This document shows, one piece after another, positions 44,192 through 58,722 of a DNA stretch of 64,000 nt. Location: assembly GCF_009914755.1 (NCBI RefSeq), contig NC_060947.1. The stretch is one strand, 5' to 3'. The position numbers and the translations under genes are program-made. The notes under the pieces are model-generated. The model saw nothing but the letters and a program-made list of their open reading frames with translations. It ran no database searches and had not been told where the DNA came from. Numbering within the stretch: the first letter of the stretch is position 1; each line of letters starts with the position of its first letter. This DNA comes from the human T2T-CHM13v2.0 reference genome, Homo sapiens.

Positions 44192-46256
44192 ATGAGGAGG
44201 ATCATCATGGGACTCATTTTCCTTATAATTTCAACTTGTATAGTAAAACCTTCCACTGATTTTCCCCACATGGAGGACTGCTCTCAGTGTATACATCAGG
44301 TTACCTAGGTAGGGCAAGAAGTTAAAACAATCTTTCTGTTCTATAGTTACTATGAATGCTTAAGAACTTTAAAAGGAACATGTTTATATAATGACACTCA
44401 GTACAAGGTATGTAGCCCAGAAAACGACTGACCAGATGTGTGTTATGACCCCTCTGAGCTTCCCATGTCCACAGTTTTTGAAATGAGATTAAGGACTGAA
44501 GGCTGGTGGGGACTCATAAATGATACAAGTAAAGTATTAGTCAGAACAGAGGAAAAAGGGGTGCCCAAACACATAACCTTGAAATTTGATGCCTGTGCTG
44601 TCATTAATAACAGTAAGTTAGAAAGGGGATGTGGCTGTTTTAGTTGGGAAAAAGGCTATATGACCGAAAATAAGTACATTTGTCATGAATTAGGACTGTG
44701 TGGAAATGAATGTGGATACTGGTCTTGCGTCATTTGCGCCACTTGGATTAAAAAAAATGAAAAGGATCCAGTCCACCTTCAGAAAGGAAAAAATGGCCCT
44801 TCCTATACTAAGGGAAAATGTAACCCCTTAGAGCTAGTAATAACCAATCCCCTTGATCCTTGCTGGAAAAAAGGGGAGCGTGTGACCTTAGGAATCGATG
44901 GGGCCATACTGGATCCTTGACTAAATATCTTAGTTCGAGGAGAAGTTTACAGACGCTCTCCTGAGCCAGTGTTTCCAACTTTCTATGATGAACTAAATGT
45001 GCCAGTACCAGAAATTCCAGGAAAAACAAGAAATTTGTTTTTGCAATTAGCCGAGCATGTAGCCCAGTCTCTCAATGTCACTTCATGTTATGTATGTGGA
45101 GGAATTGTAATGGGAGATCAATGGCCATGGGAAGCCCGAGAATTAGTACCTACAGACCCAGTTCCTGATGACTTTCCAACTCAAAAGAATCACCCTGATA
45201 ATTTCTGGGTCCTAAAAGCCTCAATTATTGGACAATATTGCATAGCTAGAGAAGGAAAAGAATTCACTCACCCCATAGGACGACTTAGTTGTCTGGGACA
45301 GAAACTGTATAATGGTACCACAAAAACAGTCACTTGGTGGAGTTCAAATCACACAGAGTACTCCATTTAGTAAATTCCCAAAGTTGCAAACTGTGTGGAC
45401 CCACCCAGAGTCCCACCGGGACTGGACAGCCCCCACTGGATTATACTGGATATATGGGCATAGAGCTTACACAAAATTACCCGACCAGTGGGCAGGTAGT
45501 TGTGTTATTGACACTATTAAACCATCTTTCTTCCCACTGCCCATAAAGACAGGTGAACTCCTGGGCTTCCCTGTCTATGCTTCCCATGAAAAGAGAAGCA
45601 TAGCTGTAGGAAATTGGAAAGATGATGAATGGCCCACTCAGAGAATCATACACTATTATGGGCCTGCTACTTGGACGCAAGACGGCTCATGGGGATACTG
45701 GATCCCCATTTACATGATCAACCAAATCATACGGTTACAAGCTGTCTTAGAAATAATCACTAATAAAACTGTCAGAGCCTTAACTATTCTGGCCCGGCAA
45801 GAAACTCAGATGAGAAATTCTATCTATCAAAATAGATTGGCTTTTGACTACTTGCTAGCAGCTGAAGGAGGCATCTGTGGGAAATTTAACCTTAGTAATT
45901 GCTGTCTACACATCGATTATCAAGGGCAAGTAGTTGAAGACATAGTTAGAGATATGACAAAACTGGCACATGTGCCCATGCAAGTGTGGCATGGATTTGA
46001 TCCTGGGGCCATGTTTGGAAAATGGTTCCCAGTGCTAGGAGGATTTAAAACTGTTATAATAGGAGTTATAATAGTAATAGGAACCTGCTTACTGCTCCCT
46101 TGTTTGCTAACTGTACTTCTTCAAATGATAAAAAGCTTCATTGCTATCTTAGTTCACCAAAATGCTTCAGCACAAGTGTACTATATGAATCACTATCGAC
46201 GTGTCTTGCAAGAAGACATGGGTAGCGAGAATGAAAGTGAGAACTCCCACTATTAA
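44192..46256 (+). pseudogene. env: HERV-E env remnant; SU disrupted, last 314 codons (45312-46256) open
   Basis: MRRIIMGLIFLII signal, CSQC, stops in SU; HEKR cleavage site, ISD YQNRLAFDYLLAAEGGIC, CGKFNLSNCC, TM helix VIIGVIIVIGTCLLLPCLL. Confidence 0.92.
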
Positions 46257-46267
46257 GTGAGATTCTC

Positions 46268-46279
46268 AAAGAAGGGGAA
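46268..46279 (+). other. polypurine tract
   Basis: AAAGAAGGGGAA immediately 5' of 3' LTR. Confidence 0.85.
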
Positions 46280-46739
46280 TAAGGGAGGGGATCACCCCTC
46301 ATATTGTCTTATGCCCAGTTTCTGCCTCCAAAGAAAGAAGTAAAAACTAAAAGGCAGAAATGAAATCCACAAGCAGACAGCCCAGCACCACATCCTGGGC
46401 CTGGTAGTTAAAGATCGACCCCTGACCTAATCGGTTATGTTATCTATGGATTACAGACATTGTATAGAAAAGCACTGTGAAAATCCCTGTCCTGTTCTGT
46501 TCTGTTCTAATTACTGGTGCATGCAGCCCCGAGTCATGTACCCCCTATTTGCTCAATCGATCACAACCCTCTCATGCAGACCCCCTTAGAGCTGTGAGCC
46601 CTTAAAAGGGACAGGAATTGCTCACTCAGGGAGCTCGGCTGTTGGAGACGTGAGTCTTGCCAAAGCTCCTGGCCAAATAAAGCCCTTCCTTCTTTAACTC
46701 AGTGTCTGAGAGGTTTTGTCTGCACCTTGTCCTGCTACA
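46280..46739 (+). promoter_or_regulatory. HERV-E 3' LTR (LTR2 family)
   Basis: homologous to 36426-36867; AATAAA 46676-46681. Confidence 0.93.
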
Positions 46740-47176
46740 GGGATACAGAAAGTTGTCACACTGGCCTTCCATCCTTGCAAAAAGGCAGAGGGTCCACTGA
46801 GCTGGTTAACAGGTTAACCTAAGCCGTCCGCAGATGGCAAGGCTAAAGGAGCACACTGTAACACATGCCCACTTGGGCCCCTGCACCTGTCCATCTGTGT
46901 GCTCCCTCTCCTGTAAGGGGTTTGAGCAGCAGCAGTGACTGAACAGATGAGCCACACACCTGTCACATGTCCTGTGAATGGGGGTCAGGAAACTGTCCAT
47001 TTCCCTCTCATGAGAGAGTCCCACTCTATTCCTTGAGGGAGAAAATGTTGATGTCATGAAGCTTCAATAAAACCCCAAGATGACAAGGTTCAGGGAGCTT
47101 CCAGAGAGCTGAACACTTGTAGGTTCCTGGAGGGTGGTGCTGCAGGAAGGGCATGGAAGCTCTGTGCCTGTTCCCC

Positions 47177-47770
47177 TGCCATCAAGAAGAGTCCAAATCT
47201 GTAAAATATTTGAAGAGATTTATTCTGAGCCAAATATGTGTGACCATGGCCCGTGACACAGCCCCAGGATATCAACAGAACATGTGCCCAAGGTGGTTGA
47301 GATACAGCTTGGTTTTATATATTTTAGGGAGGCATGAGACTTCAATCAAATAAATTTAAGAAACACATTGGTTTCATCTGGAAGAGCGGGATAGCTCAAA
47401 GGGGGAGAAGACCTTCTGCGTCATAGGTAGATTTAAATTTTTTCTGATTGGCAATTTGTTGAAAGAGTTATTATCAATAAAAAGAAATGTCTGGGTTAAA
47501 ATAAGGGGCTGCGGAGACCTAAGTTTTATCATGCAGATGAAACCTCCAAGTAGCAGACTTCAGAGAGAATAGATTGTAAACGTTTCTTATCAGATGTAAG
47601 GTCTGTCTGTGTTGATGTTAAAGCTGGAGGGATAGAATTAGGCATGTCCAACCCCCACTTCCCATCATGGTCTGAAATAGTCTTTCGGGTTAAATTTTAG
47701 AGTCCCCTGACCCAGGAGAAAGTCCATTCAGATGGGTGGGGGGGCCTCAGAATTTTATTTTTGGTTCCCA
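47177..47770 (-). mobile_element. MER4A-like LTR nested in MER21A
   Basis: CTGTAAAATATTTGAAGAGATTTATTCTGAGCCAAA...AGAATTTTATTTTTGGTT reverse-complement MER4 ends. Confidence 0.75.
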
Positions 47771-48203
47771 TTCCCAAATCTTGCCCTACACATCCTCATC
47801 TGTATCCTTTGCAATATCGTTTAAAATAAACCAGTAAGTGTAATTAAGCATTTCCTTGAGTTCTGTGAGCTGCTCCAGCAAATTAATTGAACCCAAAGAG
47901 GGGTTTGCAGGAACCCCAACTCGAAGGTGGTCAGCCAGAAGTTCTAGAAGCCCGGACTTGTGACTAATGTGTGTAGGGGGGCAGTCTTGGGAACAGAGCC
48001 CTCACCCTGTGAGTTCTGATGATCTCTATCTTTGGGTAGATGGTGTTGGAACCGAATTGGAGGACACCTGGATGGTGTCCACTGCTTGGTGTTTGGGGGA
48101 AAACCCCCCACACATTTGGTCACAGAAGTCTTCTGTGTTGATGATTTTTTGTGGTGTGACAGCAGAGGGAAGACACAGTTTGAGGTGAGTTTTTGCCTAT
48201 ACG

Positions 48204-48390
48204 CCATTCATATGAGGTATCTAAAACAGTCAAACTTAGAGAAGCAGGAAACAGAATGGTCGTTGCTAGGAAAGGCGAGGAGAGGGAAAAGGGAGATGTT
48301 GATCGACAGTTCAGTTATTGGAGATGAGTAAGTTCTAGAGATCTGTTGTACGTCACAGTGCCTAGAGTTAACAATAAGGTTTTATGCACT
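48204..48390 (+). mobile_element. L1M 3' fragment (continuation of ~35735-35756)
   Basis: ACTGCATGATTCCATT | CCATTCATATGAGGTATCTAAAACAGTCAAAC rejoin. Confidence 0.65.
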
Positions 48391-49369
48391 CTTGAGCAAC
48401 TCCGAAGAAGTGACTGATCATGCTTTTGACCTTGCAAGGAAAAATTGTGGTAGAAAGCAAAAATCCCTTGAGATGCTTTTCAACAACTCAAGATGCTATT
48501 TAAAAGCTTTGAATATTAATAGATAGTTGTAAAGCCTTAACCTTTTACGAGAGTGGTTTTATGTCTTTTAAATGAAAAGGAGCACACTTCATTGTATTTT
48601 AGCTGCGTTTTTGTCCTGTAGTAGCTGAATATTCAGAATCTCTCAGATTTTCGTCATCTGGTGTGTAGAAGCTGGTAGATTTTTTTCTCTTTATCCTTCA
48701 TGTTTCTCTTTGATAGTACAGCTGTGTAGATATAAAACTCAAAAACGTTTATTTTATTTTTTTCCCTTAGGTGGGATTTATCCTCTTTAAGACAACTTCC
48801 TGACCTCGGACACATAGAAGGCTGCTGAAGGCAATGGTGGATCCTTTCATTTCAAACAAAATCACATTCAATTTTTTTGAGAGCTGCAGGCCTGGGTGGT
48901 GTTAAATTGTGTCATTTAGTATTAAAGAAACACGATAAAACTTTCAAAGACTGATCATGTGTCTTGGCTGTTTACTGTGGAAAGGTAGGAAATTGGCTAC
49001 AGCAAAAGCTATTCATGTGAAAAATAAGGATTTGAGGCACCTCAGACTACCACGGAGACAGAACCTATGGTTTAAATTGGTATTTGTGTGTCTATATTTG
49101 GAGGCATAAAAAAATAAACAGATGTGGATTTATCAAATGAACCCAAGCGAGGCCAGGTCAAAGGAAATTTCCAGGAGAAACTCCACACGTTAAATTTCTC
49201 TTTCTAATACAAAATGACAACACACTTAAACAAAGAACAGGCTGTGCCAACATGGGTATTTTATCTCTAAAGGGGAGAAAAAGTCTTGATACCATTTTCT
49301 GTCTTCTCTTTATAGTTGGTCTCTCTATTTGGGCTATAGTAAAAATAATTATTCAGGAGAAAATTTCCT

Positions 49370-49372
49370 TTT

Positions 49373-49408
<36 letters not shown>

Positions 49409-49419
49409 TTCTTTCTGTC

Positions 49420-49465
<46 letters not shown>

Positions 49466-49807
49466 CTCTCTCTCTTTCTTTCTTTCTTCCTTTCTTTCTT
49501 CTTTCTTTTTCTTTCTTTTTCTTCTTTCTTTTGTCTTCCACTGTCACCCAAGCTGGAGTGCAGTGGTGTGATCATAGCTCACTGCAGCCTTGAACTCCTG
49601 GCCTCAAGTGATCCTCCCATTTCAGCCTCCCAAGTAGCTGGGACTACAGGAGTGCACCACCAAGCCTGGCTAATTTTTAAATCTTTTTGTAGAGATGGGG
49701 TCTCCGTATGTTGCCCAGGCTGGTCTCAAACTCCTGGCTTCAAGGGATACTCCCACCTGGGTCTCCTAAAGTGTTGCAGTTGCAGGCATCAGCCCACCAT
49801 GCCAGGC
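49370..49807 (-). mobile_element. Alu (AluJ-like) with expanded (CTTT)n tail 49370-49530
   Basis: microsatellite abutting reverse-complement Alu. Confidence 0.88.
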
Positions 49808-49919
49808 AGGAGAAACTTTTTATAAGAGCCAATATATTGTGGGTTAGGTATTGCAATACCATATACTCACAATTTCCAAGTCTATATATGTCTTGGTTTA
49901 AGGAGTAAAACGTAGTTAA

Positions 49920-50283
<364 letters not shown>

Positions 50284-50299
50284 CTATATTTTCAATATA

Positions 50300-50730
50300 T
50301 GGATGACCCTTGAACAATGTGGGGATTAGGGGCACTGACCCCCCCACTCAGTCAAAAATCCATGTATTACTTTTAACTCCCCCAAAACTTAACTGCTAAT
50401 AAACTGCTGAAGACCAGAAGCCTTATGGTGACATAAACAGTCAACTAACACATATTTTGTATGTATATGTATTACATACTGTGTTGTTACAATAAAGTAA
50501 GCTAGAGAAAAGGAAATACTATTAAGAAAAATCATAAAGAAGAGGAAATATATTTACCATTCATCAAGTAGAAGTGCATCGTCATAAATGTCTTCATCTC
50601 ATTGTCTTCACGTTGAGGAGGCTGAGAAGGAGAAGGAGGAGGAGAGGTTGGTTTCTCTATCTAAGGGATGGCAGAGGTGGAAGAAAATTCATGTGTAAGT
50701 AGATCCCCAATGCAGTTCAAAGGCCAAGTG
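50300..50730. mobile_element. Tigger2a-like DNA transposon remnant
   Basis: TGACCCTTGAACAA TIR, AATAAAGTAAGCTAGAGAAAAGG internal motif, GTTCAAAGGCCAAGTG end, TA flanks. Confidence 0.8.
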
Positions 50731-51167
50731 TAGATCCTTCTTCTAAAGACAGGTGTGCATCACCTTTACCTGGCTGTCATAGTTCATCCACACGGGTGTG
50801 TAGGCTGGGTCTCAGACTTGATGCTCTCAAGTTACCACTCTCTGTTTTGTTCTCTTCTATTTTTGGAAAGCCAAGTAAAATATGGAAAAGAAGATCTCAT
50901 AGATGATTAGTCAACTCTTTCATGGAAAAAATGCTGTGAAACTAATTGTGTTTCATAGAAACATGCCATATTCTTGTAGGAACTCAAATATTTGTTTACA
51001 GTAACATATATCTATACATGCACACACATACATGTATAAAACCTAAATAGGTCATCTAGTCTAATTTCTTTTTTTTGTAGGTGGCTGGACATCTAAGTTT
51101 TTCAGGACAGATAACATTTTCTTTTCTTTTCTTTCTTTCTTTTTTTTTTTTTTAAAAAACTTATTCC

Positions 51168-51480
51168 AGGCAGGGCACGGTGCTTCACATCTGTAATCCC
51201 AGCACTTTGGGAGGCCAAGGCAGGAGAGTTGGCTGAGGCCAGGAGTTTGAGACCAGCCTGGGAAACATAGGGATAACTTGTCTCTACAAAAAACATAAAA
51301 ATCAGCTGAGTGTGGTGGTGTGCACCTGTAGTCCTAGCTACTCAGGAGGCTGAGGTGGGAGGATTGCTTGCACCTGGGAGGTGGAGGCCACAGTGAGCCA
51401 TGATCACACCACTACACCCCAGCCTGGGTGATAGAGTGAGGCTCTGTCTCAAAAACAAAAGAAAACAAAACCAAAAACAA
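51168..51480 (+). mobile_element. Alu (AluJ-like)
   Basis: TSD AAAAAACTTATTCC (51154-51167/51481-51494). Confidence 0.92.
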
Positions 51481-52030
51481 AAAAAACTTATTCCTATACC
51501 TGAAGATTGTGAAATCAATCTTTCTTATTAGCCTTGCCTAATATATCCTGAATTTGTAATTATATTGACTTAGAAGTCATTAAATAGTTCCTTAATCAAA
51601 AAAACCAAAACACCCAAATACTTTCTGGACATGTTTTAGCTTCCTGTTTATTTCTCCATTTTACACTTAAGATAATGTATTATTCTCTTCTTTATGCAAT
51701 TAAAATATTTTGAAAGTAATTCAGCTAATAATCTTTAAACTCCTCATTTTCAAGCTAAATACGTAAAAATTCTATTACTTTTTCTTGAACTTTCTTTCTA
51801 AGGCTGGCCTTGTCATGCATGTGAAATCTGAAGTGTGGGTGCCAATGTTGACCCTAGGGTTTGGTTTAGTGATGAAAAAGCTCTTGCTTCTCACTAATGT
51901 TAGGTGACAAAGGGCTATTTGTAACCAGACTTCCAGCAGTAGAATAAAGCTGAGCACAGCCATGACTCAGAACACAAAGTTTTTGTTCTGACTTTGCAAT
52001 CCCAAAGTATGTTCTCTTTATGAGGCCTAA

Positions 52031-52195
<165 letters not shown>

Positions 52196-52244
52196 TAATT
52201 TTAGAATACGTGATTCAATTTCCAGCTTAAAAGGAAGAGCTTCC

Positions 52245-54044
52245 AGAGATCCTGATCAAGATGACCAAATAGGAACAGCTCTGGTCTGCAGTTCCCAGCA
52301 AGATGGACACAGAAGGCAGGTGATTTCTGCATTTCCAACTGAGGTACCTGGTTCATCTCATTGGGACTGGTTAGACAGTGGGTGCAGCCCACGGAGGGCG
52401 AGCTGAAGCAGGGTGGGGCGTCGCCTCACCTGGGAAGCACAAGGGGTCAGGGAATTTTCTCCCCTACCCAAGGGAAGTTGTGAGGGACCAAGCCTGAGGA
52501 ACCGGGGTCCAGATACTGTGCTTGTCCCATGGTCTTCGCAAGTCGCAAACCAGGAAATACCCTGAGGTGCCTAACCCACCAGGGCCCTGGGTTTCAAGCA
52601 CAAAACTGGGTGGCCATTTGGGCAGACAACGAACTAGCTGCAGGAGTTTTTTTGCTTGTTTGTTTGTTTGTTTTTTCCATACTCCAGTGGCAGCTGGAAC
52701 ACCAGCGAGACAGAACCACTTACTCCCCTGGAAAGGGGTGCTGAAGCCAGGGAGCCAAATGGTCTGGTTTGGCGGGTCCCACCCCCATGGAGTCCAGCAA
52801 ACTAAGATCCACTGGCTTGAAATTCTTGCTGCCAGCACAGCAGCAGTCTGAGATGGACCTGGGACACTCGAGCTTGGTGGGGCGAGGGGCATCCATCATT
52901 TCTGAGGCTTGAGTAGGCGGTTTTACGCTCACAGTATAAACAAAGCTGCCAGGAAGTTCAAACTGGGCGGAGCCCACTACAGCTCAGCAAGGTTGCTGTG
53001 GCTGGACTGCCAGATTTCTCCTCTCTGGGCAGGGAACCTCTGAAAAAAAGGCAGCAACCCCAGTCAGGGACTTATAGATAAAACCCCCATCTCCCTGGGA
53101 CAGAACACCTGGGGGGAAGGGGCAGCCATGGGCACAGCTTCAGCAGACTAAAATGTCCCTGCCTGACAGCCCTGAAGAGAGCAGCGGACCACCAAGCACA
53201 GCATTCGAGCTCTGCTAAGGGTCAGACTGCCTCTTCAAGTGGGTCCTTAACCCCGTGTATCCTGACTGGGTGACACCTCCCAGTAGGGGCCGACAGGCAT
53301 CTCATACAGGAGGGCTCTGGCTGGCATGTGTCAGGTGCCCCTCTGGGACGAAGCTTCCAGAGGAAAGAACAGGCAGCAATCTTTACTGTTCTGCAGCCTC
53401 TGCTGGTGATACCCAAGCAAATAGGATTGGGAGTGAACCTCCAGCAAACTCCAGCAGACCTGCAGCAGAGGGGCCTGACTGTTAGAAGGAAAACTAACAA
53501 ACAGAAAGGAATAGCATGTCCACTCAAGGACCCCATCTGAAGGTCACCAACATCGAAGACCAAAGGTAGATAAATCCACAGAGATGGGGAGAAACCAGTG
53601 CAAACAGGCTGCAAATTGCAGAAACCAGAATGCCTCTTCTCCTTCAAAGGATCACAACTCCTCGCCAGCAAGGGAACAAAACTGGATGGAGAATGAATTT
53701 GACGAATTGACGGAAGTAGGCTTCAGAAGTTGGGTAATAACAAACTCCTCTGAGCTAAAGGAGCATGTTCTAACCCAATGCAAGGAAGCTAAGAACCTTG
53801 AAAAAAGGTTGGAGGAATTGCTAACTAGAATAACCAGCTTAGAGAAGAACATAAATGACCTGATGGAGCTGAAAAACACAGCACAAGAACTTCATGAAGC
53901 ATACACAAGTAACAATAGCCAAATCCATCAAGTGGAAGAAAGGATATCAGTGATTGAAGATCAACTTAATGAAATAAAGTGAGAGGACAAGATTAGAGAA
54001 AAAAGAACAAAAAGGAACGAACAAAGCCTCCAAGAAATATGGGA
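52245..54044 (+). mobile_element. L1 5'UTR + partial ORF1 (L1PA7/8-like), 3'-truncated
   Basis: CAAGATGACCAAATAGGAACAGCTC start; ORF1 53584-53982 MGRNQCK...DELTEVGFRSWVITNSSELKEHV (premature TGA); homology ends at CAAGAAATATGGGA. Confidence 0.9.
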
Positions 54045-54139
54045 AAGAAAGAAGAAAGAATGAATGAATGAACAAAAGAAAGAATGAAAGAAAGAGAAAG
54101 GAAAGAGGGAGGGAGGGAGGAAGGAAGGAAGGAAGGAAA
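54045..54139. repeat. A/G-rich simple repeat (GAAA/GAAT/GGAA)
   Basis: direct inspection. Confidence 0.85.
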
Positions 54140-55100
54140 ATTTACTCATAGATGAGTGCCTTAACTTTTAAAATAATACTTTCAAATCATGTGAATGTAT
54201 TAAATCTTCTAGACTATTAAATTAGGTGTTGCCAAAAATTCATATAGAATTACCTGCATCTCTCTGTTTTATGTTTAAATAGCCGTCTCCTGCTGTGAAT
54301 TTCTCCATCAAGTTATTTATTCAGAAAAGTACTTAAAATAGGTACAAATAAGAGGAGAAAAGAAAGAGTTGGTTTATTGGCTGCATTGGTGAAACAATTG
54401 GATGCAGTTTTGACAAATGCATTAAAGAAGAAATGGTGCCCCTATGCTGTGACAAAACGACCTCAGAGAATACCAGCGTGACACTACCTGTGGCCACAAT
54501 CCTTCTCCAGCGCCTCCAGGGTGGCAGACGCCAGAAAAACTCAGATCTACCTTGTTTGTTCTTTTGAAGTTCAATTCTCCACTGATCCTTTTCTGTATGT
54601 ATTTTTGACAAATAACAGAGATGGAGAAATATTTTGAGAGGAAAATAAACAATAAGCGTGTACCTGTAAAGGGAAACCCACTCAGTTGTAGTAACATTTG
54701 ATGCTGCTCAGCTCTGTTTGTTTTGAGACAGATCCAATTACAGAAGCAAGACCACGGGGCAATGCACTGTGCATTTTCAGCTTTGAGAAACGAAGCCAAT
54801 GCAACTCATTGTTTTAAACCACAAAGTGCCTTTCTATTAAAAGTTTAAAATGTAGAGAAATAGAATGCATTGGCTCTGCAGGATCTTGCACAGATTCTAA
54901 GTGGATTACAAGACCCCTCAAGCCTTTGAGAGTATTGTCAGTAAGTGCACCTTCTTGCAAGGCAGAGGGGAAGCCCATGACCAATTAGGAAGGATTGCCT
55001 GTCTGCAATTCATCCCTCCACACGCTTTCTTGTTATCCCCTTCGAATCCAACTCTGGTCACACGTAATGGTCATCATTCATTATTAAAACAGAAGTCTAG

Positions 55101-55645
<545 letters not shown>

Positions 55646-55648
<3 letters not shown>

Positions 55649-55873
55649 CAATTCACTGCAGCCTTGAAACTCCCGGGCTCAAGTGATGCTCCCCACTCAG
55701 CTTCCTGAGTAGCTGGGATTATAGGCGCACACTACAATGTCCAGCTAATTTTTTGTAGAGATGGGGTCTCGATATGTTGCCCAGGCTGGTTTTGAACTCC
55801 TGGGCTCAAGCAATCTGCCCGCCTCAGCCTCTCAAAGTGCTAGGATTACAGGTGTGAGCCATGGCACCCAGCC
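55646..55873 (-). mobile_element. Alu (AluJ-like), tail end absent
   Basis: reverse-complement Alu beginning inside the right arm. Confidence 0.85.
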
Positions 55874-56204
55874 TCTGTAGGTAAAATTGCAACATGAAAA
55901 TACGTATTCAAATATAGACAACTATTCTTTATGCTAATGAAGAGAAATGGAGCTGCAGATGTTACCGCATGGTTAATTAAACATTAGTTTGATTTTATCT
56001 TTATTAATACTTCAATTAATGATTTGTTCCTCATGGAATATTTTCCCTTTAATTTAATTAATTTTACTTTATAAGTAATATATTTTTTTTCATTCTCTGA
56101 GGAAACAGCTATTAATTAGACAAGAGAGGGTCATAGGTATCCTACACCTGGAAATGTGAAGTGGAGGATTCTTTGGCTATAAAGAAATAGCTGTTTGTTT
56201 AAAA

Positions 56205-56335
56205 AATTATTTTCTTTTCCCAGTTTTTGTAGAGACAGGGTCCTGTGATCTTGCCCAGGCTGATCTCGAACTCCTGGCTTCAAGCAATCCTCCCACCTTA
56301 GCCTCCAAAGCACTGAGATTACAGGCATGAGCCAC
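56205..56335 (-). mobile_element. Alu monomer (FLAM-like)
   Basis: left arm only; AAAGAA(A)TAGYTGTTT at both sides. Confidence 0.75.
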
Positions 56336-57038
56336 AAAGAATAGTTGTTTTCCTTGTGAACTGCTCAGTATAAAACAGGTTCAGCTCAAAATATGAAGTT
56401 CTTCTGGAAGGAAATTCGAGAAACTAAGCTGTATGTTTATGGTGTCTTCCCATCAAACAATTAACAAGGAAACAAAAGACGATGTATTTGAAATAAAATA
56501 TATTTTCAAGTCTTCATATATTCCTTAACTCTTGAGAGGCAAAGATTACTCTGTGATTGGAGTAGAAGAATTTCCCTTTCCTTCGTGACTTCTCTGGTTT
56601 TCTAAGGCTGAAGTAATTCACAGAAGAGAAATGATCTCTGAAGGGGAATATTATTGTGGTTTCCTGGAAGGGGTTGGTCACAGAAAACTCCAGCATAACA
56701 CCTCATACATATGGCCAGAGCAATGAATACAAAGGCTATAGGCATCATCCCATCCCCTTAATAAGATGCATTGATTGGACAAAGATGATACTGGCACAAG
56801 AAATGTCTAGCTGCACTTGGGGAAGGGTTGATGGTCATAGTCAGTGTCTGTGGAATGCTTTAACTATTAACAGACACTGGCACCCACTTCCAGGAAGGAA
56901 GGAAGGAAGGAAACAGCAGAGTGTCTAGGGTACACAGTGATGTTTCAGGGATTCTAAGCTTTAGATTTTGGGGATAATTAAATTGCATCAGGGAGAATGA
57001 ACAATGCCTCCTGTGTAAAGGTGTAACGTCCACCTGAG

Positions 57039-57335
<297 letters not shown>

Positions 57336-57599
57336 TCCACATAAATAGGTAATATTATAAAATAACTTATAGATCACAACTAGAGTATCAATTAGGCACA
57401 ATGGAGATAATGACATTAAGGTTCCCTCCTGAGGACTGCTTTACTTTCCTGTTTTGACTGTTCAAGTTGTTTTGGTCATTAAGTCTACCTCATTAGGGAT
57501 GTAGAGTCGAATGATTATGTGTTAAAGACCCATGGATTATTTATCCTCTGTGTGGTTAAGACCTGTATGCAAAATTAGGTTCATTTGTTTCATTTTACT

Positions 57600-57960
57600 T
57601 TGTTTTAAGCATTGTTTTTTTAAAAAAATGAAATTTATTTTTAAAAATTTTGAGGGAATGGTACATTCACATTCAGTGGTAGGAAATGATACATAGAGGT
57701 TGCCTGTACCTTCCATCCTAATTCCCAAATGGTAACATTTTGCATAACTGTTGTACACTGTCACAACCAGAAAAGGGACACTGATACAATCCACTGACCT
57801 TATTCCATCAGTTTCACTGATAATAATTTTTATGTGTTTGTGTGTCTTTATGTCTTTACAGTTTTACTACTTAGAGGCTCATATAATTACCATTACAATC
57901 AAGAAACAGGGCAGTCGCATTACAAGGGTCTCTCATTTTGCCTTTTGATAACCAACCCCC
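57600..57960 (-). mobile_element. L1MC-like 3' fragment
   Basis: CCCAAATGGTAACATTTTGCATAACT motif. Confidence 0.55.
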
Positions 57961-58173
57961 AACATCCTCCTGTATTTTTAATTGCATTCTATTATTTACT
58001 TTTCAAAATAGCCACACACCCCGACATTGTGGTTTTACAGGCAAAACAAATAGCAGAATTAACTCCTCTTTAATTTGAATCCAAGTAACTTATTTCCCAG
58101 TTTTACTTGGTCTATCTTATATATTGTTAAGTAGTCTATGTTCAGTAGAGTCCAGAAAGTATTAGTTCAGTAT

Positions 58174-58468
58174 TTTTTTTTTTTTTTGAGACAGGGTCTT
58201 GCTCTGTCACCCAGGCTGGAGTGCAATGACATGGTCAGAGCTTACTGCATCTTCAAACTCCTGAGCTTAAGTGATCCTCCTGCTTCAGCCTCCCAAGTAG
58301 CTGAGACCACAGGCATGCAACACCACGGCCGGCTAATTTTGAAATTTTCAGTAGAGAATAGGTATTGCTATATTGACCAGGCTAGTCTTGAACTCCTAGC
58401 CTCAAGCAATCCTCCCACCTTGGCCCCCAAAGTGCTGGGACTACAGGCGTGAGCCATTGTGCCCAGCC
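58174..58468 (-). mobile_element. Alu (AluJ-like)
   Basis: reverse-complement Alu; TTCAGTATTTTT both sides. Confidence 0.9.
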
Positions 58469-58722
58469 TATTCAGTATTTTTGTGTACCGATACTTTACA
58501 GGGAATTGTGGAAGACAGGTTTAAGAAACCAAAGAACTTAAAATACATCTGAGAAAATAAAACTAGCTTATATGAAACTAAATATTTTGGTATTATGGGG
58601 CCAATCATGACTATCAATAGCAATAAAAAGCATTATCCATATCACATATCTATGGGCTATGTTCCAATCTTGTCATGCAGTTGAAACATAATTTACTTAT
58701 TTATGTCCTATTTCTTTTATAC

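Noticed and set aside
54511-54527. Second CTCF-like motif CCTCCAGGGTGGCAG
   Set aside because: Extra base in core spacing; weak match.
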